A stretch of DNA of 32,106 nt from an uncultured Anaerocolumna sp. (GTDB taxonomy: Bacteria; Bacillota; Clostridia; Lachnospirales; Lachnospiraceae), in NCBI GenBank assembly GCA_937901695.1, contig CALDJN010000389.1, positions 1 to 32,106 on the forward strand, written 5' to 3'. Positions 10,252-18,466 of the stretch are shown piece after piece. The notes beneath the pieces were generated by a model. It was not told where the DNA came from. It was given only the letters and a program-made list of their open reading frames with translations, and made no database searches. The stretch's first letter is position 1; the number at the start of each line of letters is the position of its first letter. Made by a program: the position numbers and the translations under genes.

Positions 10252-11193
10252 ATGAGTATAAAATATGGCGGATTATTTAATTTATTAAAAGATAAAGGAA
10301 TATCGAAAGTTCAGTTAAAAAATAAAATCGGACTTTCTTCTAAAACCCTGGCAAAGTTATCAAAAAATGAGTATGTGTCTATGAAAGTAATTGATGATAT
10401 TTGCAGAGAATTACACTGCCAACCCGGAGATATATTAAACTACGAAAGTGAAAAGCCTATGAGTAATATACTAAAACAGTTAAAAGAAGAAAAAGCCATG
10501 AAATTAAAAGGTGGACTATATCACCTTACTCAGATTAAAATGGCTTATAACACCAATCGTATAGAAGGAAGTAAGTTATCTGAAGACCAAACCCGCTATA
10601 TTTATGAAACAAATACCATAGCACTTGAGGAACAGGAAACTGCAAATATTGACGATATTATAGAAACTCTAAATCACTTCCAATGCTTTGACTTTATGAT
10701 TGATTGCGCAGAAGACCCTCTCTCTGAAACCATAATCAAGAAGTTCCATGAAATACTAAAGAATAATACCTCTGATAGCCGCAAAGACTGGTTTATGGCA
10801 GGTGAATATAAAAAGAAACCAAACATGATAGGAGACAGTAAAACAACACCTTCCTCTAAAGTCAGCACAGAAATGGCATATTTAATAAAAGAATATACCA
10901 GCAAATCAAATATCACCCTAAATGATATTATAGAATTTCATCATACATTTGAAACCATTCATCCTTTTCAGGATGGAAATGGACGCGTAGGAAGATTGAT
11001 TATGTTCAAAGAATGCTTAAACTATGGAATTCTCCCATTCATTATAGAAGAAGAACATAAATTATTCTATTATCGAGGGCTTAAAGAATATAAAAACGAA
11101 AAAGGCTATCTGACGGATACTTGTCTATCTGCCCAGGATAGATATGAGAAAATAGTTGATTATTTCATGAACCAAGAATCAGTGGGGATTTAA
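10252..11193 (+). CDS. Cro/C1-type HTH fused to a Fic domain
   Basis: N-terminal ~65 aa HTH (LSSKTLAKLSKNEYVS...IC..L.CQPGDI); canonical Fic motif HPFQDGNGRVGR; inhibitory-type motif TNRIEG; AAGGAGG RBS. Confidence 0.9.
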   Translation: MSIKYGGLFNLLKDKGISKVQLKNKIGLSSKTLAKLSKNEYVSMKVIDDICRELHCQPGDILNYESEKPMSNILKQLKEEKAMKLKGGLYHLTQIKMAYNTNRIEGSKLSEDQTRYIYETNTIALEEQETANIDDIIETLNHFQCFDFMIDCAEDPLSETIIKKFHEILKNNTSDSRKDWFMAGEYKKKPNMIGDSKTTPSSKVSTEMAYLIKEYTSKSNITLNDIIEFHHTFETIHPFQDGNGRVGRLIMFKECLNYGILPFIIEEEHKLFYYRGLKEYKNEKGYLTDTCLSAQDRYEKIVDYFMNQESVGI

Positions 11194-11322
11194 TTTACTC
11201 TTATAGATATAAAAAACCCCAAAAGTGAAATAGCATTTCGGAGTTTAACTTATTTACAATTTCATTTCTATCTATTTTATTTGTCCATAAAACCATTATG
11301 TAAGTTAATTAATGAATAAACA

Positions 11323-11622
11323 GCTTTGCCCCCATAAACTTAAATTGACCTTCGAGGGTGTGGGACGCTATATGTTTCATGTGACTTTGGGAGAATTCCC
11401 AATGGTTCTTATACCATAGAAATCGCGCCAATCAGTGAAAATGGGGCTGTCTGAGGTGGCAACGCCACCGAGTTCTCCATTTTCACTGATGTTATAAGCG
11501 ATTCCTATGGTATTAGAACCATGGAATTCTCCAAGTGGAACATGAAACATATAGCGTCCCATACCCTTGAAGGTCTCTAAAAATTACATCGGGCAAAGCG
11601 TCCTTAGCGTCCTTAGCGTCCT
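11323..11622. repeat. 277-nt imperfect inverted repeat followed by three tandem 9-mers
   Basis: Arms GCTTTGCCC...GGTGGC (11323-11460) and GCCACC...GGGCAAAGC (11464-11599); AGCGTCCT(T) x3 at 11597-11622. Confidence 0.9.
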
Positions 11623-11635
11623 ATATATTATTTAA

Positions 11636-12649
11636 TTACTGTCTATACCCATCCGGATTATGACTCTGCCAATTCCATGCGTCCTGGCACATCTTTTCAA
11701 TGTCGTATTTTGCCTCCCAGCCTAATTCCCTCTTTGCTTTCTCAGGATTGGAATAACATGCTGCTACATCTCCTGGACGACGGTCAACAATTTGATAAGG
11801 AAGCTCTTTTCCACATGCCTTTTCAAAAGCATGAATCATCTCTAATACAGAATAACCTCTACCAGTTCCTAAATTATAAATGTATACACCAGGATTACCA
11901 GCCTTTTTCTCAATCGCTTTTAGATGGCCAAGGCTTAAATCAACTACATGGATATAATCTCTTACACCAGTACCATCAATAGTAGGATAATCATTACCAT
12001 ATACACTTACTTGCTTTAATTTACCTGTAGCAACTTGTGCAATGTAAGGCAGAAGATTATTAGGGATTCCGCTTGGATCTTCTCCAATACGTCCGCTTTC
12101 ATGGGCTCCAATTGGATTAAAGTAACGAAGAATTACAATGGAGAATCTGGAGTCAGACACATATAAGTCTTGTAAAATCTGTTCAATCATTAACTTAGTA
12201 GTTCCATATGGATTGGTTGTAGATAGCGGGAAATCTTCTGTAATAGGTAATTTCTCAGGTGTTCCATAAACCGTCGCAGATGAGGAAAATACAAGATTAA
12301 ACACTTCATGCTTTTGCATACAATCAAGTAAATTGAAAGTACCTGTTAGATTATTATGGTAATATCTTAAAGGAATATGGACAGATTCTCCAACAGCTTT
12401 TAAACCTGCAAAATGTATTACTGCATCCACCTTATTTTTATCAAATATCTCATCCAATGCACTATAATCTAATAAATCCACCTGATAAAATAATATACTT
12501 TTTCCTGTTAATTCTTCTACACGCTTGAGAGATTCTTCGCTGGAATTGGATAAATTATCAACAACAATAACATCATGTCCTGCATTTAATAGCTCCAGGC
12601 AAGTATGGCTTCCAATAAAACCTGCTCCGCCAGTTACCAATATATTCAT
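11636..12649 (-). CDS. galE: UDP-glucose 4-epimerase
   Basis: [38 protein letters not shown] (YxxxK), LRYFNP, RDYIHV. Confidence 0.97.
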   Translation of the reverse strand: MNILVTGGAGFIGSHTCLELLNAGHDVIVVDNLSNSSEESLKRVEELTGKSILFYQVDLLDYSALDEIFDKNKVDAVIHFAGLKAVGESVHIPLRYYHNNLTGTFNLLDCMQKHEVFNLVFSSSATVYGTPEKLPITEDFPLSTTNPYGTTKLMIEQILQDLYVSDSRFSIVILRYFNPIGAHESGRIGEDPSGIPNNLLPYIAQVATGKLKQVSVYGNDYPTIDGTGVRDYIHVVDLSLGHLKAIEKKAGNPGVYIYNLGTGRGYSVLEMIHAFEKACGKELPYQIVDRRPGDVAACYSNPEKAKRELGWEAKYDIEKMCQDAWNWQSHNPDGYRQ

Positions 12650-12716
12650 AACAACACCTATACCTTTCCTTTTAATTTTGCCTCACAGGGCTTTTTAAAC
12701 AATAGGTTCATATTTT

Positions 12717-12780
12717 GATTTGCGTATCAAAACTCTAGCATAGTTTATTGAATGAGTATAAGAGTTTTGACACGCAAATC
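12717..12780. repeat. Small palindromic repeat, family 2, copy 2
   Basis: GATTTGCGTATCAAAACTCT...AGAGTTTTGACACGCAAATC (19 of 20 positions complementary); similar to 1930-1992. Confidence 0.85.
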
Positions 12781-12860
12781 TATATTAAAATGAAATATTT
12801 TCTATATATTCATTCTAATATAGTATACTATATTGTTCTATTTATTTCCATTGTTTTTTT

Positions 12861-13059
12861 AGGGGCTGTTACAAAATGAAAAATGTCATTCTGAGAACCT
12901 TAGTTTGAAGAATCCCACGTTAAACTATCATTCTGAGAACCTTAGTTCGAAGAATCTCACGTTAAACTGTCATTCTGAGAACCTTAGTTCGAAGAATCTC
13001 ACATTAAAATGGGATTCTTCGCCACCTGGGCTCAGAATGACAGTTTTGCGACAACCCCT
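12861..13059. repeat. TGTC-tagged palindromic element, copy A, with three 42-nt tandem units
   Basis: Outer IR AGGGGCTGTTACAAAA / TTTTGCGACAACCCCT; units start at 12884, 12926 and 12968; right arm GATTCTTCGCC...GGCTCAGAATGACA. Confidence 0.92.
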
Positions 13060-13081
13060 TTTTTAAATAAATCTCTTTTAA

Positions 13082-14203
13082 TTATTTGCAATGGCTTCTT
13101 ACTATCTCATTCATCATATCCATCTTTTCTTCCATATCAGCAACCAATTTAAATTGAGTTCTTGCACGGTCCAAATTATGATGTTCCCTGTGAATTTTAA
13201 AATAAGTATCTCCTTCAAGGTAATCAGTAAGGAATCGTATACCACACTCTAAAGTTAAAAGTTTTGCAGAAAAAGCAAGTAATTCATATTCTTTCTTTGT
13301 TAATGTTTCCCCTGCCTCACTTAGGAAACCATCTGTATATTCTTCAAATAAATTAATATCCATATAAACTTTAGATAAATCTGTTTCATCTTCTGCTGCA
13401 GAGCTTGCACCAAAACGGATACTGTCACCAAAGTCATAGAAAACAGAACCGGGCATTACTGTATCAAGGTCTATAACGCAGATACCTTCATTGGTTTCAT
13501 TATCCATCATAATATTATTTAGCTTTGTATCATTATGGGTTACACGTAAAGGAATCTCTTTCTTTTCAATTAAGTCCACTACAATACTACAGTCATCTTT
13601 TCTGGATTTAACAAATTCAATTTCTTTCAGAACGTCTTTTACTCTTCCCATCTTATCTTCTGCCACTGCAATCTCAAAGTTTTTATAACGGTTTGCAGTA
13701 TTATGGAATTTTTCAATGGTTTCTGATAAAGTCTCTGCCGGATAGTCAGATAATAGCTTCTGAAATCTGCCAAATGCTTTAGCAGAATTATAGAAAAGCC
13801 CTGGTTTTTCGGCAGACTGGTAACAAGTTGCATCTTCAATAAATAGATAAGCTCTCCAACATTCCTTATCCGTATCCTCATAGAATAACTTTCCGTCTTT
13901 AGTTTTTACAATGGTCAGCGTTTCCCTTTCTGGATTACCACCGGCTTCTATAATTTTTTTACGTAAATGATTGGTTACACCTTCAATATTTTTCATTAAT
14001 GCTAAAGGATCTTTTAAAATGCTTGTATTAATACGTTGCAAAACATAGCGAATTGGAGGTTCCGTCTCTCTTCTAAAATATACTGCATAGGTTGAATTAA
14101 TATGACCCTGTCCAAGTGGCTCAATGTAAATAAACTCACCTGCAAAGTCAAATTTGTCCACAATTTCTGCTGTTATTTTAGCCTTCATTGTTCTGTTTTC
14201 CAT
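13082..14203 (-). CDS. APH-fold phosphotransferase, N-acetylhexosamine 1-kinase (NahK/LnpB)-like
   Basis: GQGHINSTY, YVLQRIN, RVTHNDTKLNN, VIDLDTVMPG, DFGDSIR, RFLTDYLEGDTYF, HNLDRARTQ; start moved to ATG 14203 (AAAGGA RBS). Confidence 0.8.
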   Translation of the reverse strand: MENRTMKAKITAEIVDKFDFAGEFIYIEPLGQGHINSTYAVYFRRETEPPIRYVLQRINTSILKDPLALMKNIEGVTNHLRKKIIEAGGNPERETLTIVKTKDGKLFYEDTDKECWRAYLFIEDATCYQSAEKPGLFYNSAKAFGRFQKLLSDYPAETLSETIEKFHNTANRYKNFEIAVAEDKMGRVKDVLKEIEFVKSRKDDCSIVVDLIEKKEIPLRVTHNDTKLNNIMMDNETNEGICVIDLDTVMPGSVFYDFGDSIRFGASSAAEDETDLSKVYMDINLFEEYTDGFLSEAGETLTKKEYELLAFSAKLLTLECGIRFLTDYLEGDTYFKIHREHHNLDRARTQFKLVADMEEKMDMMNEIVRSHCK

Positions 14204-14254
14204 ATCATATTCCTTTCTTTTGGTTTTGGTGCCTGGCACCATTTATTCCATTTA

Positions 14255-15181
14255 TTAATTCCACAAATTTTCCGGGTAGACACCATTTTCAATTTGTTTA
14301 CTGATAAATTTCACGATTTCTTCTTTATCCTCATGATAAGTTACGCCATACCATTTTGCAGTTGTATGAAGTACTTTAACATCACATTTCCCGTTATCAA
14401 TTAAATTTTGTACGACAGATGGTAAAAAGAATTCCGCTTTACTTAAAGTGCTTACATCTTGTTTAAAGAAATCCTTCATCTGTTTTTCTATTTCTACAAA
14501 AATATCCGGTGTAAAGCCCCAGCAGTTCATAGATACGGTGCTGTCAGAATCTATTGTCGTCCAGCCATCACCTTCCTCATAAAATTGAACTTTTCCGCCA
14601 TTGTATTGTATCTTAGTTCTTTCTATTACATTCTTAAGGTAATTGTTTTCATCAGTTGTACATACACCTCTGGCAACATGGCCATTTTCTGTTAAAGTAT
14701 TCTTTAAGATAAAACCAGCCATTGCAAAATGATATTTATTGCCGGCTTCTCCCTTTTCTTTTAGGAAGTCAGCTAACTGTATAAAAGAATCTCTTCCATA
14801 GAAATCATCTGCATTAATAACAGCAAAGTTTTCATTTACCAAATCCTTGCAGCTATAAACAGCATGTGCAGTTCCCCATGGTTTCGTTCTTCCTTCTGGT
14901 GTAACTGTTCCTTCTGGAATTGTATCTATTTTTTGAAATGCATATTTAACATCTACTAATTTCTCAACACGTTTACCTACAGTGTCGCGAAATACATCAT
15001 AGTTCTCTTCTTTTATAATAAATACAACCTTATTAAAACCTGCTTTAATAGCATCATAAATGGAATAATCAATAATGAATTCACCATGTTTACCAACAGG
15101 ATCAATTTGTTTTAAGCCGCCATATCTGCTTCCCATTCCTGCTGCCATAATCACTAACGTTAAATTATTTGTTTTACTCAT
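14255..15181 (-). CDS. Sugar-phosphate nucleotidyltransferase (GT-A fold)
   Basis: LVIMAAGMGSRYGGLKQ, KPWGTAHA, FAVINADDFYG, WYGVTY; GAAGGAGG RBS. Confidence 0.85.
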   Translation of the reverse strand: MSKTNNLTLVIMAAGMGSRYGGLKQIDPVGKHGEFIIDYSIYDAIKAGFNKVVFIIKEENYDVFRDTVGKRVEKLVDVKYAFQKIDTIPEGTVTPEGRTKPWGTAHAVYSCKDLVNENFAVINADDFYGRDSFIQLADFLKEKGEAGNKYHFAMAGFILKNTLTENGHVARGVCTTDENNYLKNVIERTKIQYNGGKVQFYEEGDGWTTIDSDSTVSMNCWGFTPDIFVEIEKQMKDFFKQDVSTLSKAEFFLPSVVQNLIDNGKCDVKVLHTTAKWYGVTYHEDKEEIVKFISKQIENGVYPENLWN

Positions 15182-15400
15182 AGTATCCTCCTTCTAAATG
15201 TACAATAACTAGGCTTATCTATGTGTTCGTCTATATTTTAAGTATTTCTCTTATATACTATTTTATTTAATAAGAAGAAAAATTGCTATGAAATATAGTA
15301 TGATTATTAGTAAATTTGTTTGATGTTATATTATTTTACGGTTTTAATTGATTTCACTAACATCTTTTCTTACTTCCTATCATACATGGCAAATGGCAAT

Positions 15401-15441
15401 AAAAAGCCAAGGATAGGTATTGAAATACAAATTCTTGGCTT
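15401..15441 (-). terminator. Probable intrinsic terminator after the transglutaminase-like gene
   Basis: AAGCCAAGGAT / ATTCTTGGCTT stem (one mismatch on minus strand) ending in a U-tract on the minus strand. Confidence 0.5.
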
Positions 15442-15490
15442 GTTTAGCTTATTCTTTTTAATTGACCTTCAAGATTAATGTCAGCACTTG

Positions 15491-16354
15491 TTACTTTTTA
15501 TAACTTTCTTTACTCATAACATATTCCTTATTAAATTCCTCTATTTGAAACTCCTCATCCCTTACATGACCCGGAAAATCTTTCTCTGCCTTTAAGAAAA
15601 AATCATATGTCAATATATCTTCTCCATTCCAAGTCAGAGGATCATCCCAGGTACTATCAAAATTATACCATTTACCATCTAAATATACGATATTCCATCC
15701 ATGAGCTTCCCCATTTCCGGTTCCCGTTATAACTCTGCAGGGAATTCCTGCTTCGGTAAGCATTTTATAAGCCAAGGTCATGTAACCCTGACAGGTAGAG
15801 GTTTTTTCAAATAAGTTATCATAAGCAGAATATTTTTTCATATTAGTATCATAAGATGCATTTTCTACAATAAAATCATGTATTTTCTTTATCTTATCAT
15901 AATCACTAAGTTTTTCTATATTCCACTTATTAAAAAGTTTCTTAATCTTATCATCTACTTTTTTAGTTTCATCAGCAGTTTCATTATATTTAAACTGATA
16001 AGTAACAGTTAGAATTTTCCCCAACCCGCTAACTTGGGCATATATGCTTTCTACCTTATACTTAAGATAATCATAGTCACTGGAGGTTTTTTGGTCATCT
16101 ATAGAATAGGCCAAGTTTATAGCCTCCTCTGTAAACCAATCTATACTATCGAATTCGCCAATATACTGAATTACAAATTCTTCTTTTCCCTCTAACAGTG
16201 CCTGTCGAATCTCACTAATAAAGTCTTCTTCATGGGTTCTTTCTGTTGTCACCACATCATATACCCATTCAATTACTTTATATCTATCTTCAAGTTTATA
16301 TATTAATATAGCTAATAAAGCTATGGTGATAACGGTTTTTATAAATTTTTTCAC
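15491..16354 (-). CDS. Membrane-anchored transglutaminase-like (Cys-His-Asp) protein
   Basis: N-terminal hydrophobic segment; KIHDFI...YD, TCQGY, HGWNIV, DSTWDD; GTG 16354 preceded by AGGGGAG is preferred over ATG 16372. Confidence 0.8.
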   Translation of the reverse strand: MKKFIKTVITIALLAILIYKLEDRYKVIEWVYDVVTTERTHEEDFISEIRQALLEGKEEFVIQYIGEFDSIDWFTEEAINLAYSIDDQKTSSDYDYLKYKVESIYAQVSGLGKILTVTYQFKYNETADETKKVDDKIKKLFNKWNIEKLSDYDKIKKIHDFIVENASYDTNMKKYSAYDNLFEKTSTCQGYMTLAYKMLTEAGIPCRVITGTGNGEAHGWNIVYLDGKWYNFDSTWDDPLTWNGEDILTYDFFLKAEKDFPGHVRDEEFQIEEFNKEYVMSKESYKK

Positions 16355-16506
16355 AAAAGGCTCCCCTATCATTTTTATATAAATATCTGGCTTTCATTAT
16401 ATCTTATTTTTGATTCAATAACCATAAGAAAATAAAGTTATAGTTACAGTTCCGCCTGCGGGATGCCATATCTGAACTGTGGCAGATAATAAGTAAACTA
16501 CAAAAT

Positions 16507-16541
16507 AAAAGGAAGAATTACTTTACAGCATTCTTCCTTTT
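16507..16541. terminator. Terminator-like hairpin
   Basis: AAAAGGAAGAAT-11 nt-ATTCTTCCTTTT perfect 12-bp inverted repeat. Confidence 0.45.
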
Positions 16542-16574
16542 ACATATTATTGTTTAGAATAGCAGATACCATTA

Positions 16575-16909
16575 AGGTTTGTTTGCAAAATAAAAAATGT
16601 CATTCAGAGCAGACTTTACCACTCCGAGCAAGCTTTGTCATCCTGAGCAGACTTTGCCGCTCCGAGCAAGCTTTGTCATCCTGAGCAAGTTTTGTCATCC
16701 TAAGCAAGTTTTGCCATCCTGGGCAAGCTTTGTCATCCTGAGCAAGCTTTGTCATCCTGAGCAGACTTTACCGCTCCGAGCAAGCTTTGTCATTCTGAGC
16801 CGCAGGCGAAGAATCCCACTTTAAAATGAGATTCTTCGCCTTTTGGGCTCAGAATGACAGTTTTTGAAAGAAAGTAGCATTTAGAAGGTAGTGGAGTTTT
16901 TGCAACAAC
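16575..16909. repeat. TGTC-tagged palindromic element, copy B, with ten 19-nt tandem units
   Basis: Units of consensus TGTCATCCTGAGCAAGCTT at 16598-16787; core hairpin 16788-16859; outer ends AGGTTTGTTTGCAAAA and TTTTGCAACAAC. Confidence 0.92.
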
Positions 16910-16940
16910 TCCACTACCTTCTAAATGCTACTTTCTTTCA
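16865..16940. repeat. Perfect 34-bp inverted repeat with 8-nt loop, downstream of spoVG
   Basis: TGAAAGAAAGTAGCATTTAGAAGGTAGTGGAGTT-TTTGCAAC-exact reverse complement. Confidence 0.95.
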
Positions 16941-16965
16941 CTAGAAAATACTCTTATTATCTCTT

Positions 16966-17250
16966 TTATTCTACTGCAGCTTCTTCTACATTTACTTCAG
17001 CAGCTGCTTCATAGCTTTCTAAGATAATCTTTTGAATCTTATCCCTAGTTTCAGAATTGATTGGATGTGCGATGTCGCGGTATTCACCGTCTCCAGCTTT
17101 GCGGCTTGGCATTGCTATAAATAATCCCTTTTCACCTTCAATTACTTTAATATCATGAACAACAAATTCATTGTCCATGGTAATTGAAACAACCGCCTTC
17201 ATTTTTCCTTCTTTGCTTACTTTGCGAACTCGCACGTCAGTAATTTGCAT
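16966..17250 (-). CDS. spoVG: Septation regulator SpoVG
   Basis: [10 protein letters not shown]...[21 protein letters not shown]...[13 protein letters not shown]. Confidence 0.97.
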   Translation of the reverse strand: MQITDVRVRKVSKEGKMKAVVSITMDNEFVVHDIKVIEGEKGLFIAMPSRKAGDGEYRDIAHPINSETRDKIQKIILESYEAAAEVNVEEAAVE

Positions 17251-17344
17251 TTTGTAAGTCCCCCTTCTGAGTTTATCTTTGGTTTTTTATAGATAAAATT
17301 ATTTATCTTAACGAATTTAGGTACCTACAGGAATCTGTAGGATT

Positions 17345-18466
17345 TTATAAAACATATCTATTATTTTTCTCAACTACAATCTTAATTTCTCCATCTTCTC
17401 CCATGTAATTAGAGTTAGCACGAATGGTACATCGACTTTCTACAATACAATTTTCAATATGGGTATTGTTTCCTATATACACATCGTTCAAAATAATAGA
17501 ATTCTTAATAGTACAGTTATTGCCTATGTATACTTTTTTGTATAATATGGAATTTTCCACTTGACCATTAATAATACAGCCGCTTGAAATTAAGCTGTTT
17601 TTCACATTGGAACCCTGATTGTATTTGGCAGGAGGTAAATCCTCCACTTTTGAATATATATCCGGATACTGTCTAAAGAAATAATTCCTAATATCTTTCT
17701 TCAAAAAATCCAGGTTTGTCCTATAAAAAGCTTCTACAGTGGAGATATTATTCCAATAAGTATCCATGGTATAAGCATATACTTTCTTAACATCCTTATA
17801 TCGGATTAGAATATCCTTTACAAAATCAAATCGCACTTCGTCTGCTGCTTTTTCTAACAGCTCAATTAATTGGCGCCTGCGTATAATATATATTCCAGTA
17901 GACACAGTATTGGAATCTGTAACAATGGGTTTCTCATCAAACTGTATGATTCGTCCATCTTCCTCTGCTTTAATAACACCAAATCTACTGGCATCTTCCT
18001 CCTCAGGAAGTTTCGTACATACTACCGTAATATCTGCTCTTTTATTAATATGATATTCCAGCACTTTATTATAATCTAACTTATATATACCATCTCCTGA
18101 TGCAATAACTACATAAGGTTCATGGCTCTTTTTTAAGAAACTGATATTCTGATACATGGCATCTGCTGTTCCACGATACCAGAAGCTGTTTCTTGCTGTT
18201 ATAGTAGGTGTAAAAACGAATAAGCCCCCTTGTTTTCTTCCAAAATCCCACCATTTTGAAGAATTTAAATGTTCATTTAAAGATTTTGCATTATATTGTG
18301 TAATTACTGCAACTTTATGAATGTGGGAATTGGACATATTGCTTAATACAAAGTCGATTGCACGATAGCTTCCGGCGATAGGCATGCCTGCAATCGCTCT
18401 TTTGTTGGATAGTTCTCTCATCTTATTGCTATTCCCACCTGCTAAAACTAAGCCTATTGCTTTCAT
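17345..18466 (-). CDS. glgD: Glucose-1-phosphate adenylyltransferase subunit GlgD
   Basis: GlgC paralogue with degenerate nucleotide loop (LAGGNSNK), [20 protein letters not shown]; overlaps the glgC stop (ATGA). Confidence 0.92.
   Translation of the reverse strand: MKAIGLVLAGGNSNKMRELSNKRAIAGMPIAGSYRAIDFVLSNMSNSHIHKVAVITQYNAKSLNEHLNSSKWWDFGRKQGGLFVFTPTITARNSFWYRGTADAMYQNISFLKKSHEPYVVIASGDGIYKLDYNKVLEYHINKRADITVVCTKLPEEEDASRFGVIKAEEDGRIIQFDEKPIVTDSNTVSTGIYIIRRRQLIELLEKAADEVRFDFVKDILIRYKDVKKVYAYTMDTYWNNISTVEAFYRTNLDFLKKDIRNYFFRQYPDIYSKVEDLPPAKYNQGSNVKNSLISSGCIINGQVENSILYKKVYIGNNCTIKNSIILNDVYIGNNTHIENCIVESRCTIRANSNYMGEDGEIKIVVEKNNRYVL

Noticed and set aside
11377-11562. 61-aa ORF inside the rod
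   Set aside because: TTG start without clear RBS and entirely within the inverted repeat; a type I toxin was considered but the peptide is not hydrophobic.
11323-11599. 6S RNA
   Set aside because: Longer and more perfectly paired than typical 6S, with the bubble near the base rather than central; not excluded without an Rfam scan.
12884-13009. 42-nt repeats as a CRISPR array
   Set aside because: Units are contiguous with no unique spacers, and there are no cas genes in the window.
16443-16808. HDV-like ribozyme using CGCCTGCGG (16453) paired with CCGCAGGCG (16800)
   Set aside because: P3/L3 and cleavage-site geometry do not fit, and the partner is part of the repeat arm about 340 nt away; likely chance.
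16597-16824. 75-aa ORF
   Set aside because: Translation of the 19-nt array, with periodic peptide and no RBS.
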